DNA from: Zancudomyces culisetae HAW-14-8
Lineage: Eukaryota > Fungi > Kickxellomycota
Assembly: GCA_052426225.1 (NCBI GenBank)
Contig: JBNJNM010000012.1
Span: forward strand, 372,001-436,000
Direction of reading: 5' to 3'
Length of the DNA stretch: 64,000 bases
Shown here piece by piece: positions 36,406 through 47,318 of the stretch. Every line of letters begins with the position of its first letter. Within the stretch, counting starts at the first letter, position 1. Under the pieces are notes generated by a model, which was given only the letters and a program-made list of their open reading frames with translations, searched no databases and was not told the origin of the DNA. The position numbers and the translations under genes were made by a program.

Positions 36406-39400
36406 ATGAGCTTGCCGAACCAAGAAGAAGTAAACAAAAGTTGGGAAGATTACTATCAGAACCAACAGGTTCTTGAGGAACTTTTAAAACACTGTGCACA
36501 ATGTGCCAAAGTGGAACAATCCGAACTAACCAAAATACCAGCAAATATTGGCGCGCTGATGTATATAATCTATACCAAAAACAAGATGCTGGGAAAGACA
36601 CTACGTATAGACAGTAAGAGGCTGGTTGTTAGTAGTGAGAATGCGGTGTTTATTCAAAAGCTTGTAGCTGGATTGTATGATTATGTCGAGGATAAACTTG
36701 GCGGAGCTACAGGGGGAAATGAGGCTAGCAAGGATGAAAGTGGTGGGCAAACTCGATTGACGCTTGAAGACTTGGTGGTTGAGATGCAAACAGGTATAGC
36801 CAGTAGTGAACAGGCAAAGGAATTTATTTGTAAGATTTTGGAACCAACATACCAACAGACAGGAGGGGGGTATTTGGAACGGAAATACAAAGTGTATATT
36901 GAGATGGGAACAGCGTTGGGAAATCAGGTAGTGGATGAAGGAATGGAGAATGAAGATGTAGAATTGACACGGATTGTGGAAGAGTTGGGTGGACAGGTAT
37001 TAAAGATGGAAGAGAAGGATAAGGCAACTCATATTATAGTAATGAAAACAATGGAGGATGGTGAGAAAAATAGACAAGGAAAAGGAAAAGGAAAAGGAGA
37101 TGAAGTAGTGATAGGTAGATTAAAGGGGGGGGAAGGAAATAAGAGTAAAAGCTTGATACACTATTACCGGAATTTGAGTAAATATGATTGTTGGAGAGAT
37201 GAACAAGAGAAAGAGCAAGAAGAAGAACGAGGACAAGGACAAGAAAGGGAAGAAATAAAGGAAGAGAAAAAACAAGTTTGGAGGGTTACAAGGGAGTGGG
37301 TGGTTGATAGTAAAAAGTATGGAGAATGGATGGAAGAAGAAGATTATGAATGTGTTGAGGTTATGGAGCGAGTAGAAGGGGTGGAGGAAATAAAAGAAAG
37401 GGAGGAGAGTGTTGAAGGAGTACAGGTTGTGGAAGTAGGGAATGAGGAAGTAAATGTTGGAGAAGGAAAAGTTGTTGAAGGACAAGTTGAAGAAGCAGAG
37501 GAAGCAGAGGAAGAAGAGCAAGGGAAGGGGGAAGAGGAGGAGGAGGAGGAGGAGGAGGAGGAGGAGGAGGAGGAGGGAATGAAAGTTGAGGAAGGAGTTG
37601 ATAATGAAAAAGGAAACGAAATGGAAGAACAAGAGGAGCAAATTCAGGAGGTGGAAATGAAAGAACAACAAGAGGAGGAAGGAAAAGAAGAACAAGAACA
37701 AGAACAAGAGGGGAAAAAAGATGAAGAGGAATGGGTAGAGATAAGAGTTGAGGAGGTTAGTGATGCAATGGAAGAAGATGGTATGGTTGAGGGAGTAGTT
37801 GAAGAGGTTGAGGAAGAAAATGAAACCAACAAAAAAGAGGTAATAGAAAAAGAAGAAGAGAGGGAAGAAGGGGAAGAGAGAATGGAAGAAGAACAAGAAA
37901 AAGAACAAGAAAGTGAACAAGAACAAGAAAGAGAAAGAGAAAGAGAAAACGAGGAGAAAGTTGGTGAGCAAGCTGGAATGAGAAAAATAGAGTTGGAGAG
38001 TGAGAGTAATTTTTATAGGGTTGGAAGTAAAAAACGAGGAGAATTTGAACCTATTAGCAATCCAGAGTTGGGACATTTGAGTAATACTAGTGAGCAAGAA
38101 ACTCAAGAAAAGGAAAAAGAAAAGGAAAAGGAAAAGGAAAAGGATAAAGACGAGGATGAGGAGGAGCAAGAAGAAAAGATTGAAATAGAGGAAATAAAAG
38201 AAGATGAAGAAAAGATGGAGGGTGTTGAGGAGGAAAAAGAGGAAAAAGTAGTAGAAGAAGAGAAAATGCAAGGTATTGAAAATACAAATCAAGAAAAAGA
38301 ACAAGAGCAAGAACAAGAGAAGCAAAAGGAAAAGGAAAAAGAGAAGGAAAAGGAAAAAGAGAAGGAAAAGGAAAAGGAAAAAGAAAAAGAAAAGGAAAAA
38401 AGTAAAAGCGAACAAGTATTGGTAGAGCAAAAGTACGAGGTGATAATTCCAAGCTATGCAGCGTGGTTTTCATTGGACAAGATCCATGAAATCGAAACAC
38501 GGTCCAACCCCGAGTTTTTCAACAACGTCAACCGGTCCAAGACACCAACAGTATATATGGAATACCGTAACTTTATGATCAACACATATCGGCTGTGTCC
38601 ATTGGAATACCTAACAGTTACAGCATGTCGACGCAACTTGGCAGGAGATGTATGCAGCATTATGCGAGTACATGCATTCTTGGAACAGTGGGGTTTGATA
38701 AACTATCAAGTTGATCCTGAGACTAGACCCAGTTTGGTTTCGCCTCCTTTTACTGGTCATTTCCGAATCACTGCAGATACTCCTCGTGGTCTTGTTCCTT
38801 TTTTCCCTGCCGTTCCTATTAAAGCTGCTACTGTTACTTCTTTGACTTCAAATGTACCAAAGACTACAGCTACAGCTACAACTAAAACTACTACAACCAC
38901 AACCACAACCACTCCTTCTTCACAAAATATATATACTTCTACCGCTGCTAATTCCACTAAATCTGACCAGGTCGCATGCTTCACCTGCCAAAATGACTGT
39001 TCAGATCTCAACTACCACTGCATCCGTCCTGTTCGCCACCGAATCGATCTGTGTCCAGCTTGTTTCCTTGATGGTCGTTTCCCCAGCAATTTTGTTAGTT
39101 CCGACTTTGTCAAATTGGCCAGACCAGACACTTCTGATAATAAAGATGTGTGGTCTGACCAGGAAACTTTGTTGTTGTTGGAAGCTCTGGAAATGTATGA
39201 TGATGATTGGACCAAAATCAGTGAACATGTTGGCACCCGGTCACGTGAACAGTGTGTTTTGCATTTCCTTCAATTACCCATCAACGATCCAACACAAGAA
39301 CAAGAACAAGAAAAAGAACAAGAACAAACACAAGTACAAGAGCAAAAATCATCAAATAAACGAAATCATCAAGAAATTGATGGTTCTGTTACTAATGGAT

Positions 39401-40338
39401 CTGATCCTTTGCATACGCTCAAGAAAATCAAGTCAGATCAAGATGACGATTATGTTCCATTCTCCAAGGCTGACAACCCAGTGATGTCTGTAGTGGCATT
39501 TTTGGCATCGAATATCAGTCCCGAAGTAGCTTCAGCAGCTGCCAAAGAGGCATTACGTGTACTAACCACCACCACCACCACCACCACCACCACAACAACA
39601 ACAACAGCTGCAGATGAGACTAATGGAATGGAGAACAGTGTAGAAAGGACAGATATTGAGACGCAAAAGGCAGCAGCCATAGCCATAAGTGCAGCTGCTG
39701 TAAAGGCCAAGAAACTTGCAGAGAATGATGAGCGGTCTATGCAGAGTAAAGTGTATATGGCTGTACAGTTGCAATTGGAAAAGCTAGAGTTGAAGGTGAA
39801 GGCGGTTGAGGAAATGCAGCAGGTTATTGAGCTTGAGCGTAGTGAGCTTGCTCGAATGCGTGCTGATTTGTTGAAGGAAAAGTTTGATTTCAATAGAAAG
39901 GTTCACTATCATAATCAGAATCTCTCTCTTTTACAAAATAATTCTAATATTGTTGTTGAAAATAATACTACTGACAGCCAAGTAGAACAAGTACAAGTAA
40001 CAGAAACTCCAGCTGTAACTGAAACTGTAACTGAAACTGTAACTGAAGCAGAAGCAGAAACTGAGACAGAAACTCCAGCAACGACAACAGAAACTCCAGC
40101 AGATATGCAAACAGAACAACTAGTTGATTCTTTAACCTCAACAAAACTACAACCTGGATCAATTGACAAAGCTAGTTCTGATGATAATGCTACTCAAACG
40201 CCTACAGAAAATGCCACTACCACTACCACTACCACTACTACTACCACTACTGAAATTGCCCAAGAACCCGTTACTGAGGCACCAATCTTGAATTCTAATA
40301 CTGATGAGGTTGTGGATAACAGTTTGGTTGATATATGA
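36406..40338 (+). CDS. SWI/SNF-RSC core subunit, SWI3/RSC8/SMARCC (BAF155/170) family
   Basis: SWIRM (IIPSYAAWF...YRNFMINTYRL...CRRNLAGDVC...LEQWGLINYQ), ZZ-like finger, SANT (WSDQETLLLLEALE), PFSKADNPVMSVVAFL and C-terminal coiled coil. An N-terminal BRCT/chromo-like module and a ~350 aa Glu/Lys-rich linker precede these. Confidence 0.95.
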   Translation: MSLPNQEEVNKSWEDYYQNQQVLEELLKHCAQCAKVEQSELTKIPANIGALMYIIYTKNKMLGKTLRIDSKRLVVSSENAVFIQKLVAGLYDYVEDKLGGATGGNEASKDESGGQTRLTLEDLVVEMQTGIASSEQAKEFICKILEPTYQQTGGGYLERKYKVYIEMGTALGNQVVDEGMENEDVELTRIVEELGGQVLKMEEKDKATHIIVMKTMEDGEKNRQGKGKGKGDEVVIGRLKGGEGNKSKSLIHYYRNLSKYDCWRDEQEKEQEEERGQGQEREEIKEEKKQVWRVTREWVVDSKKYGEWMEEEDYECVEVMERVEGVEEIKEREESVEGVQVVEVGNEEVNVGEGKVVEGQVEEAEEAEEEEQGKGEEEEEEEEEEEEEEEGMKVEEGVDNEKGNEMEEQEEQIQEVEMKEQQEEEGKEEQEQEQEGKKDEEEWVEIRVEEVSDAMEEDGMVEGVVEEVEEENETNKKEVIEKEEEREEGEERMEEEQEKEQESEQEQERERERENEEKVGEQAGMRKIELESESNFYRVGSKKRGEFEPISNPELGHLSNTSEQETQEKEKEKEKEKEKDKDEDEEEQEEKIEIEEIKEDEEKMEGVEEEKEEKVVEEEKMQGIENTNQEKEQEQEQEKQKEKEKEKEKEKEKEKEKEKEKEKEKSKSEQVLVEQKYEVIIPSYAAWFSLDKIHEIETRSNPEFFNNVNRSKTPTVYMEYRNFMINTYRLCPLEYLTVTACRRNLAGDVCSIMRVHAFLEQWGLINYQVDPETRPSLVSPPFTGHFRITADTPRGLVPFFPAVPIKAATVTSLTSNVPKTTATATTKTTTTTTTTTPSSQNIYTSTAANSTKSDQVACFTCQNDCSDLNYHCIRPVRHRIDLCPACFLDGRFPSNFVSSDFVKLARPDTSDNKDVWSDQETLLLLEALEMYDDDWTKISEHVGTRSREQCVLHFLQLPINDPTQEQEQEKEQEQTQVQEQKSSNKRNHQEIDGSVTNGSDPLHTLKKIKSDQDDDYVPFSKADNPVMSVVAFLASNISPEVASAAAKEALRVLTTTTTTTTTTTTTTAADETNGMENSVERTDIETQKAAAIAISAAAVKAKKLAENDERSMQSKVYMAVQLQLEKLELKVKAVEEMQQVIELERSELARMRADLLKEKFDFNRKVHYHNQNLSLLQNNSNIVVENNTTDSQVEQVQVTETPAVTETVTETVTEAEAETETETPATTTETPADMQTEQLVDSLTSTKLQPGSIDKASSDDNATQTPTENATTTTTTTTTTTTEIAQEPVTEAPILNSNTDEVVDNSLVDI
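37534..37575 (+). repeat. Perfect (GAG)14 coding trinucleotide repeat (poly-Glu)
   Basis: Read directly. Other tracts in the same gene include an EK repeat at ~38320-38400 and (ACC)n at ~39565. Confidence 0.9.
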
Positions 40339-40621
40339 AAATAGCCAAAAAATTTCCCTTTTTTTATTCTTTTATTTATTTAATTTTATAAAATGTAATT
40401 TATCTTTATATTTCAAAAGTCAATTAATTAATTAATTAATAAACCATCAAGTATTTATTTTGAAAGGAAAAAAAGACAAAAAAAACAAACAAAACCTAAA
40501 ATCAAAATGATATATAAAATAAAAAAATAATTTATTTTATAAATCGTTCTAGATTGAAACTTTAACAAAAAAAATTTTTTTTTTTTAAAAAACAACGAGT
40601 AAAGATAATAATAAAAAAAAA

Positions 40622-42220
40622 ATGAAGATTAGGATAAAACTGAACATCAACATCAACAATGGTACAAGGAAAATATGGCATATAGTGGATACAAAACATA
40701 CACCGACAATAGCTCAATTAACCAGCGAAATCTCCAAACTTGTCAAACAACCCATATCCGCTATACAGCTACTATTGGATGGATACGAAATACCACCACA
40801 ACTTTGCGTACGCCATGTGTTGCGAGATACCGAAACGTTGTATATCCAACTATCTGAAAAAGCAAAAGCTCACGAATACAATACTAGGTGTATTGGAGGA
40901 AATGCGCATGGTATCACTATTACAAGCGAACAATCACAACAATCACAACAACAACAACAACTACAAAATGGTGGAGGAGGTGGTAGTGGTAGTGGTGGTA
41001 GTGATGGTGGTGGTGGTGGGATGACGAAAACCCAGGCTAGAAATCTACGAAAGAAACGACAACGGCTCAGACATTCCATTGAAAAACAACAATCCCACCA
41101 TCAAGTACAAGTACAAGAAAAAGAGCAAGTACAAGAACAAGAACGAGAACAAGAGAATAAAATAGAAAACGAAAAGGATAGTAGAAAGGTAAAAAAACAA
41201 AAAAAAGAACATTTAATTGAGGATACTCATTCAGAGATCCCAATCTTGGTACATACAATCCAGAGAACTGTTACAGCAGTCAATAATCCAAACGATTCAC
41301 AGATTGAACAATCAGCAACAATACCTCTTAATACTAACACGGATATTCAAAAAGGCATTGACGAGTATCAGTACCAAGATCAAGCCCAATATTATTCTCA
41401 ACCTTTAGAACAGGTTGTAGTTATAGAATCAACAAGTAGCGAATTTGACGGTAATCTTGTAAATGTAGATTTAATAAATGTAAAAGAACGAAAAGTTGAG
41501 GAAGTAGAAGTCGAGGAAGTAGAAGTCGAGGAAGGGGAAGTCGAGGAAGAAGTTGAAGAGGAGGGGGAGGAGGAGGAAATGGTGCCAGCAGTCCAGTCAA
41601 ATGTCAAATTTACATCTTTTGAATATTTTCCTTCAACACCATCCAAATCCTCTACCAACAACAACAATAATAATAACAATAATAATAATAATAGTAGTAA
41701 TAGTAACAAAAATAGAAGTACTGGTAGCAATAAAAAGAAAACCAAGGACAAGGTTCAACAAGATGAAATCCAACAAATTAATATTCAAAATACTGTTACT
41801 ACTACTACTACTAATACTTATAGCTCTAATACTACTAATACTACTATTACTACTGGTAATACTAGTAGTACTAGTAGTACTAGTAGTGGTAGAGGAAATG
41901 AAAGTGGAAATAGTATTGTAAAACCAATTGAAATTACCAGTATTTCTCAACTGGTAGATAAAATTGGTGCAAAGCTCGATTACAGTCTACTTGAAACCAA
42001 CCTACAAGACGATGCAAATATATCACTGGTAAAGTATCACGACATGGTACTAAACAATGTGGATCCGAATTCACATACTGTTCAAGTTTATTCGCCAAAT
42101 GACCATAACAACATTGATACAACAAATAGTAGAAAAAGAAAACTAACAATTACACCTAGTGTTGATTTGGTGTGGTTGGATTTTGATGCTCTTATTGAAC
42201 CCTTTATTACTGTAACATAA
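40622..42220 (+). CDS. Coilin-like protein (Cajal body scaffold; Mug174-like)
   Basis: N-terminal ubiquitin-like coilin domain pattern (IRIKLN...KIWHIVD...TIAQL...LLLDGYEIPP...VLRDTETLYI), basic KTQARNLRKKR motif, low-complexity middle and a Tudor-like C-terminus (IGAKLDYSLLE...WLDFDALIEP). Confidence 0.65.
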   Translation: MKIRIKLNININNGTRKIWHIVDTKHTPTIAQLTSEISKLVKQPISAIQLLLDGYEIPPQLCVRHVLRDTETLYIQLSEKAKAHEYNTRCIGGNAHGITITSEQSQQSQQQQQLQNGGGGGSGSGGSDGGGGGMTKTQARNLRKKRQRLRHSIEKQQSHHQVQVQEKEQVQEQEREQENKIENEKDSRKVKKQKKEHLIEDTHSEIPILVHTIQRTVTAVNNPNDSQIEQSATIPLNTNTDIQKGIDEYQYQDQAQYYSQPLEQVVVIESTSSEFDGNLVNVDLINVKERKVEEVEVEEVEVEEGEVEEEVEEEGEEEEMVPAVQSNVKFTSFEYFPSTPSKSSTNNNNNNNNNNNNSSNSNKNRSTGSNKKKTKDKVQQDEIQQINIQNTVTTTTTNTYSSNTTNTTITTGNTSSTSSTSSGRGNESGNSIVKPIEITSISQLVDKIGAKLDYSLLETNLQDDANISLVKYHDMVLNNVDPNSHTVQVYSPNDHNNIDTTNSRKRKLTITPSVDLVWLDFDALIEPFITVT

Positions 42221-45200
42221 TCCGTTCTAGTCTATTAAGAGTATCTAATTGCCGTTCAATCAACTTGTTGTAAACAATATTATCACCAAACATCATCCCA
42301 CCTCCACTACCACCAGTGCTGTTGCTACCATTTGTTTTTATGTTGTCATAACCATATTCGTATCCAATATTGATTTTATCTCCAAATATAGACTTGAAAC
42401 TTCCAATTGGTACATTATAAACACCAATTACTCCCCAACGCCCACCACCACCACCACCACCACCATCAACATCAACATCATCATCATTGTCAGTGCTGTA
42501 TTTAACGAATATATCTACATGTAATGTATCAAAGACCCCAAATATTTCCGTTGCCGTTTCTCCAAGCATATGGAATTTGCTTTTTATCATTTCAATTCGA
42601 CTGGAAACTTTTGCATTATTTGTATTTACAATCTCTTTGTTTTTTTCATTTTCTGCATTTTTGAATATAAACTTGTTGGTTTCCAAAGTAATATGAGGAT
42701 GTATATTACCTCTACTACTACTACTACTACCACTACCACCACTGTTACCAGATTCACCTTTACTTTGACGATGGTGATGACTGTGATTAAATGATTTACT
42801 TCTTGTCATTTTCTTTGATGGTGTTCTTACCAAATCTCTTATATACTCCTTCATTCTACTAATAGTAAATTCATCAGTTTGATCCCCTTGTAACTCTCCA
42901 CTACTATTATTCGTTTTCTTCTTTTTGTCAAGTTTGTAATATAAATCCACTTTTTGCCCCGAATCTATACAAATCCCCTTTCTTCTCTCATCCATCGATT
43001 TCCTAGAATTTTTTGGTTCTGGATAATCAAAATAGTTGATTGATTTTATATCCAAACTCTCATTCCTATTCCCATCTTCAGCAGTACCAGTACCAGTACC
43101 AGTACCAGTACCAGTACCAGTACCAGTACCAGTAACAGATGATGATGGTAACAACCTAACTATTCCCAACTCTTCTATCCTAATTCTTCCATTCTGTCTG
43201 TTACTTTCTTTATCCAATCCATCTACCTGTACTATGAGATTTTCCAGCTTTACATTTAGTATTCGCCCCTCATTCATCAGTTCAACTCCTACTTGGATCG
43301 ATGGAATAATTTCTATAGGCAAACTCTCGTATTTAAATGTCCTCATAATATTACTTTTCTCTTCCACCCACCACATTCTTTCCCTCTTTCCTTTTCCTTT
43401 TCCTTTTTCTTTTCCATTTTCATTTTCATTTTCATCTCCTTTCTCCATATTTAAAAGTTGGGCTGTTGATAAATACCCAAAATACATTTCAATTACAAAT
43501 GTTCCCACTTGTTGTGCCACAAATTTCCCACAAATTTCCAATGTTCCTCCTGGTCCAAGTCCACATGATTTCCCTTTATTCCTAGATATCAAGTCAACTA
43601 GGTTCAATGGTCTAGTCTCGCTACAGTAGTGTGCAAAATGATTGGGTACATTGTTTTCCAACACAATCTGTTTTCCTCCAAAACTAACACCTTTCCCTTC
43701 TTTTTCTTCTTTTTCTTCTTTCCCTTCTTTACCACTACTAACATCATCATCATTACCATTAAACCATAAAAATGTGGGATGTGATGTCCATACACACAAT
43801 TTACCCACACTTAAGGGAGACTCGGTATCTGCAAGATTTGGTTGTGCTGTATCAATAGCCAGATTTCTAATTTTAATACTAAACGGTCTAACTTGTCCAT
43901 GCAATAACACATCAGGAAAATCATCAATTTGAATCCCCAAAAATGGCAAGTTTTCTTTGACCAAAATACTCGGATACATTTCACTAGCACTCTTTTCCTT
44001 TTTGTTGTTTGCTGAAATGTTTTGTTTAGCTTCATGGTAATTATTCTGTGATTGAATTAACAATAGTGATTTTTCGGCTCTTATTACATCACACAATTTG
44101 TATTCCAATCCAACTAACTTGACCTCTCCAACAAATCCTGGCTTTATACGTACCGCAATTGTTATCATTGATGTAGCTAAAGGTTCTAAAACTTGTGATT
44201 CAATTTCACCACTCTCAATCAAATCCTTTTCATTTTCATTTTCATTTACTAACTCAATTTCGTTCCCTTCTTTATCATAAAGTCGGTATTTCAACGTAAT
44301 GTTGTGTAAACTAATGGGTACTTTTAGTTGGTTATTCACAAGAATCAGTGCTGTTACTGTCTCTCCTCCCGAACACGTTACCCTTTTACTGTCCTCCTTG
44401 CCTACTGGTGCTTTCCCCCCGCCACTACCCCAATCCATCAGCATATCTGTTCCCTCTACAACATCCCCAGAAACTATCAGTCGTAATGAATCTACCAAAA
44501 TCTCTGGAACATTCAATACAGTCTTTAAAGACCTCTCACCACTGTCACCACCACCAACACCATTACCATCACTACTACCATTATTAGTTCCAAACCGTTG
44601 ATATAACTGTAATGTTTCTTTAAGGTACTGGCTCTGCATTTCCGTATTAAGTGTCAAATGATTAAGCAAATGTATATAATACTCCAACCCACGTTCTATC
44701 TTGCCCAATCTAATCGCCAACCGACCCATACTCCCATTTCTAAATGCCCGAGCATTACTCCACCCTTCAAAGAACCGGTCGCACCCTTGAAGCTGCACAA
44801 AACACCGGTAACTATGACCGTACTCCTCTCCTACATCAAACTGCTCCCCCGCCAATTGCTTGTACAACAGGGCTTTCCGCCGCCGTCCAGCCCGCATACA
44901 TGCCGTGCTAACTTGCTCTAGCAATACTCCGTTGATTGTACTATTGGTGGTTTGCGCGACTCGCTCCAGAATTGCTGCTGCCATCGTGTGGTTACCAGCA
45001 TCTGTATATAGTTCATGATATAATATCGCAGTTCGGATTGTATACACCTCAGATTGCCACACACTCTTTCGATAGTTGTCAATTGCTACCAATCCATTCT
45101 TTTCAGTACCTTCAATAGCTGCGCCTACCATCCGACTAGCCAAAATCTTGCATAGCCCAATCATTTCCTGTGCACCCGCATAACATTTGATGCTTTTATC

Positions 45201-46637
45201 CGCCCAGTACTCACGACTCGCTACCGCATATATATTTTGCGCTTGTTTGTAACCCCGTAGCATAAACAATATATCTCCCATCTTGCGCAGTTTATGTTCA
45301 ACACTAGTCTTTTGATAATACACCTCGCCATAGTCATCTGTCGCCTTCATCTTGCTCTTGGATCCCCCACCACCGCCGCCGCCTCCTCCTCCACCCCCGA
45401 AATACTTCATTCCAACCGATAAAAGCCGCCCTGCCAAACCATTACGAGCGCTGTTTGTCTGTTCAGCCAATACAAACAACTGTCTTTGCAAGTGCCCAAT
45501 TAGTCCCTGTACCACTACTTGACGAACCGCTCGTCTAAGCGACTCTACAGTTTCTATGTCAATATTACCCCCATACTCTTGTGCACTTGGCTGGTTTTGC
45601 TCATTCTCTTGCTCTTGCTCTTGTTGTTGTTCTTGCTCTTGATTTTCGTCGAGAAATGCGTGGCTGGGTCGTTCACGGTATTTAGCCCAAATTTCGGCTT
45701 TCCGTCGTTGCGCAGTATGCGAATTATCAAACGACGAGGCATTCCTCAACCGAAGTAAAGCTGTATTCATCCCAAGTGACTTTCTAAGTTCATTAAATCG
45801 GTTATTGATCTCTTCAACATTGATCTCCTTGTTTTCATTACCATCACCAACAGAATCAATAGCAGCAGCATTAGCAACAGTGACAGCATTCGTATCGGCA
45901 GTGTTGGTTTTTCGTTTGGTTTGGTCAGAGACAAACAAGTAAAAAAACAGTATTTCAGCTCCATTAAATATACTCTTCCTCGCACGATCAAGAGCAGGTC
46001 GCTTGTATAATTGTTTTATTTTTTCATTGAGGTTTTTCTCACTAATATCAAGTATAAATAATGCAACTATAGGGTGTGCAAAGGATTCTTGAGCGCATTG
46101 GCCGACTGAAGCTACCCAATTATGTTTGAATTTTTCATACCATATCGTATCGATGGTTATCCCACCTTCTTGGCTATGACGATACCGGCTTTTCTTGCCG
46201 TCATCTTGAGTTTCTAGAGTAAGTACTTGCTCTTTTGTTAAACCAATCCACCTGGAAATTGTCTTGTCGTTTGGCTTGATTGGATGGTGTCGTCGACTAC
46301 TAGCACCAACTGCTGGTGTTACTGGTGTAATTGCTGGTGTTGCTGAAGTTAGTTCTGCCGTTGATGGTGTTGCAGCCAATTCATCCTTTTCTTGATAAAA
46401 CCGAACTGTAATTTCTTCAAGATTAAACATATTCCCTTCACCATCGTTAACACGGTAATTCACCACCACATTATGACCAAAGGGTTTTATAAAATCGCAA
46501 AATGTGGCCAGACCGTTTTGGTTGGCTAGCTGGTCGGCTGCAGGGGTTGAAAGCACCAGGATTTTGGGACTCGTGGTGGTTACCACAAATTCGGTGCCAT
46601 TGCAAATTGATGGTTCTATACTCGTCCTTGTATCCAT
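42207..46637 (-). CDS. TRS85: TRAPP III subunit Trs85/TRAPPC8
   Basis: TFCDFIKPFG, ESFAHPIV, SARNGLAGRLLSVGMKYFG, EHKLRKMGDILFMLRGY, CYAGAQEM, RRRKA, followed by Ig-like domains (VNNQLKVPISL, DFPDVLLHGQ, WTSHP). Confidence 0.88.
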   Translation of the reverse strand: MDTRTSIEPSICNGTEFVVTTTSPKILVLSTPAADQLANQNGLATFCDFIKPFGHNVVVNYRVNDGEGNMFNLEEITVRFYQEKDELAATPSTAELTSATPAITPVTPAVGASSRRHHPIKPNDKTISRWIGLTKEQVLTLETQDDGKKSRYRHSQEGGITIDTIWYEKFKHNWVASVGQCAQESFAHPIVALFILDISEKNLNEKIKQLYKRPALDRARKSIFNGAEILFFYLFVSDQTKRKTNTADTNAVTVANAAAIDSVGDGNENKEINVEEINNRFNELRKSLGMNTALLRLRNASSFDNSHTAQRRKAEIWAKYRERPSHAFLDENQEQEQQQEQEQENEQNQPSAQEYGGNIDIETVESLRRAVRQVVVQGLIGHLQRQLFVLAEQTNSARNGLAGRLLSVGMKYFGGGGGGGGGGGGSKSKMKATDDYGEVYYQKTSVEHKLRKMGDILFMLRGYKQAQNIYAVASREYWADKSIKCYAGAQEMIGLCKILASRMVGAAIEGTEKNGLVAIDNYRKSVWQSEVYTIRTAILYHELYTDAGNHTMAAAILERVAQTTNSTINGVLLEQVSTACMRAGRRRKALLYKQLAGEQFDVGEEYGHSYRCFVQLQGCDRFFEGWSNARAFRNGSMGRLAIRLGKIERGLEYYIHLLNHLTLNTEMQSQYLKETLQLYQRFGTNNGSSDGNGVGGGDSGERSLKTVLNVPEILVDSLRLIVSGDVVEGTDMLMDWGSGGGKAPVGKEDSKRVTCSGGETVTALILVNNQLKVPISLHNITLKYRLYDKEGNEIELVNENENEKDLIESGEIESQVLEPLATSMITIAVRIKPGFVGEVKLVGLEYKLCDVIRAEKSLLLIQSQNNYHEAKQNISANNKKEKSASEMYPSILVKENLPFLGIQIDDFPDVLLHGQVRPFSIKIRNLAIDTAQPNLADTESPLSVGKLCVWTSHPTFLWFNGNDDDVSSGKEGKEEKEEKEGKGVSFGGKQIVLENNVPNHFAHYCSETRPLNLVDLISRNKGKSCGLGPGGTLEICGKFVAQQVGTFVIEMYFGYLSTAQLLNMEKGDENENENGKEKGKGKGKRERMWWVEEKSNIMRTFKYESLPIEIIPSIQVGVELMNEGRILNVKLENLIVQVDGLDKESNRQNGRIRIEELGIVRLLPSSSVTGTGTGTGTGTGTGTGTAEDGNRNESLDIKSINYFDYPEPKNSRKSMDERRKGICIDSGQKVDLYYKLDKKKKTNNSSGELQGDQTDEFTISRMKEYIRDLVRTPSKKMTRSKSFNHSHHHRQSKGESGNSGGSGSSSSSRGNIHPHITLETNKFIFKNAENEKNKEIVNTNNAKVSSRIEMIKSKFHMLGETATEIFGVFDTLHVDIFVKYSTDNDDDVDVDGGGGGGGGRWGVIGVYNVPIGSFKSIFGDKINIGYEYGYDNIKTNGSNSTGGSGGGMMFGDNIVYNKLIERQLDTLNRLERIMLQ
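43082..43134. repeat. (CAGTAC)8 hexanucleotide repeat encoding a Gly-Thr tract in Trs85
   Basis: Eight perfect copies plus a partial copy. Confidence 0.9.
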
Positions 46638-47318
46638 ATAATATTAACTTTTGTGAATACTTTTTTATATGTTTATATTTATATTTATATTTGTATTTAT
46701 AATATGTATATTTGCTATAAAAATATTGAAATTCGCTTAATGATATTTATTCTCAGTAAAAAAAAAAAAGAAACAATAATAATAATAATAATACTGAATA
46801 TTGCTTCATTTATTTTTGCCTTGTTTTCACATCCAGTCGGAAAAAAAAAAAGAATAATGGAAATATTTGGAATATTATCTAGGGGATTTTGAAATTTTAA
46901 CTTGAATCACATTAATTTAATAAGTTTAGTAAAGTAAAGCAGCTTGGGAAATCAATAAATGAATTAAAAATGATTATACGAATGAATCAATATAAAGAAC
47001 TATTCATAGAGAATTTGGAGTTCATATTATTTATACACAAGAGAATTGACGAGTGAATTGCTGAATTTAACGTAACACCAAAAACGGATAAATAATGATG
47101 AATATATTAATAGCATGCTCTAACGCCATTTTTTATTGAGGGTGAACCGGTAGATGCATATAAATACCTAGAGAGTTTATTCGGCGATCCTAACAATATA
47201 TATTCTGAAGAGTCTGTTCGGAGATATAAGCTTTTAACGACAGATACATGTCAACCCGAAACGGTGGATGAAAAAGCATTGGTATATTTCACTTCAGCCA
47301 ACTTTTCCAACATGAACT

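Noticed and set aside
37120-38430. 436-aa Phe/Leu-rich antisense ORF, and similar ORFs at 35246-35767, 41398-41950, 43036-43629 and 57662-58363
   Set aside because: Shadow ORFs of low-complexity or biased sense-strand coding sequence, with no independent domain signal.
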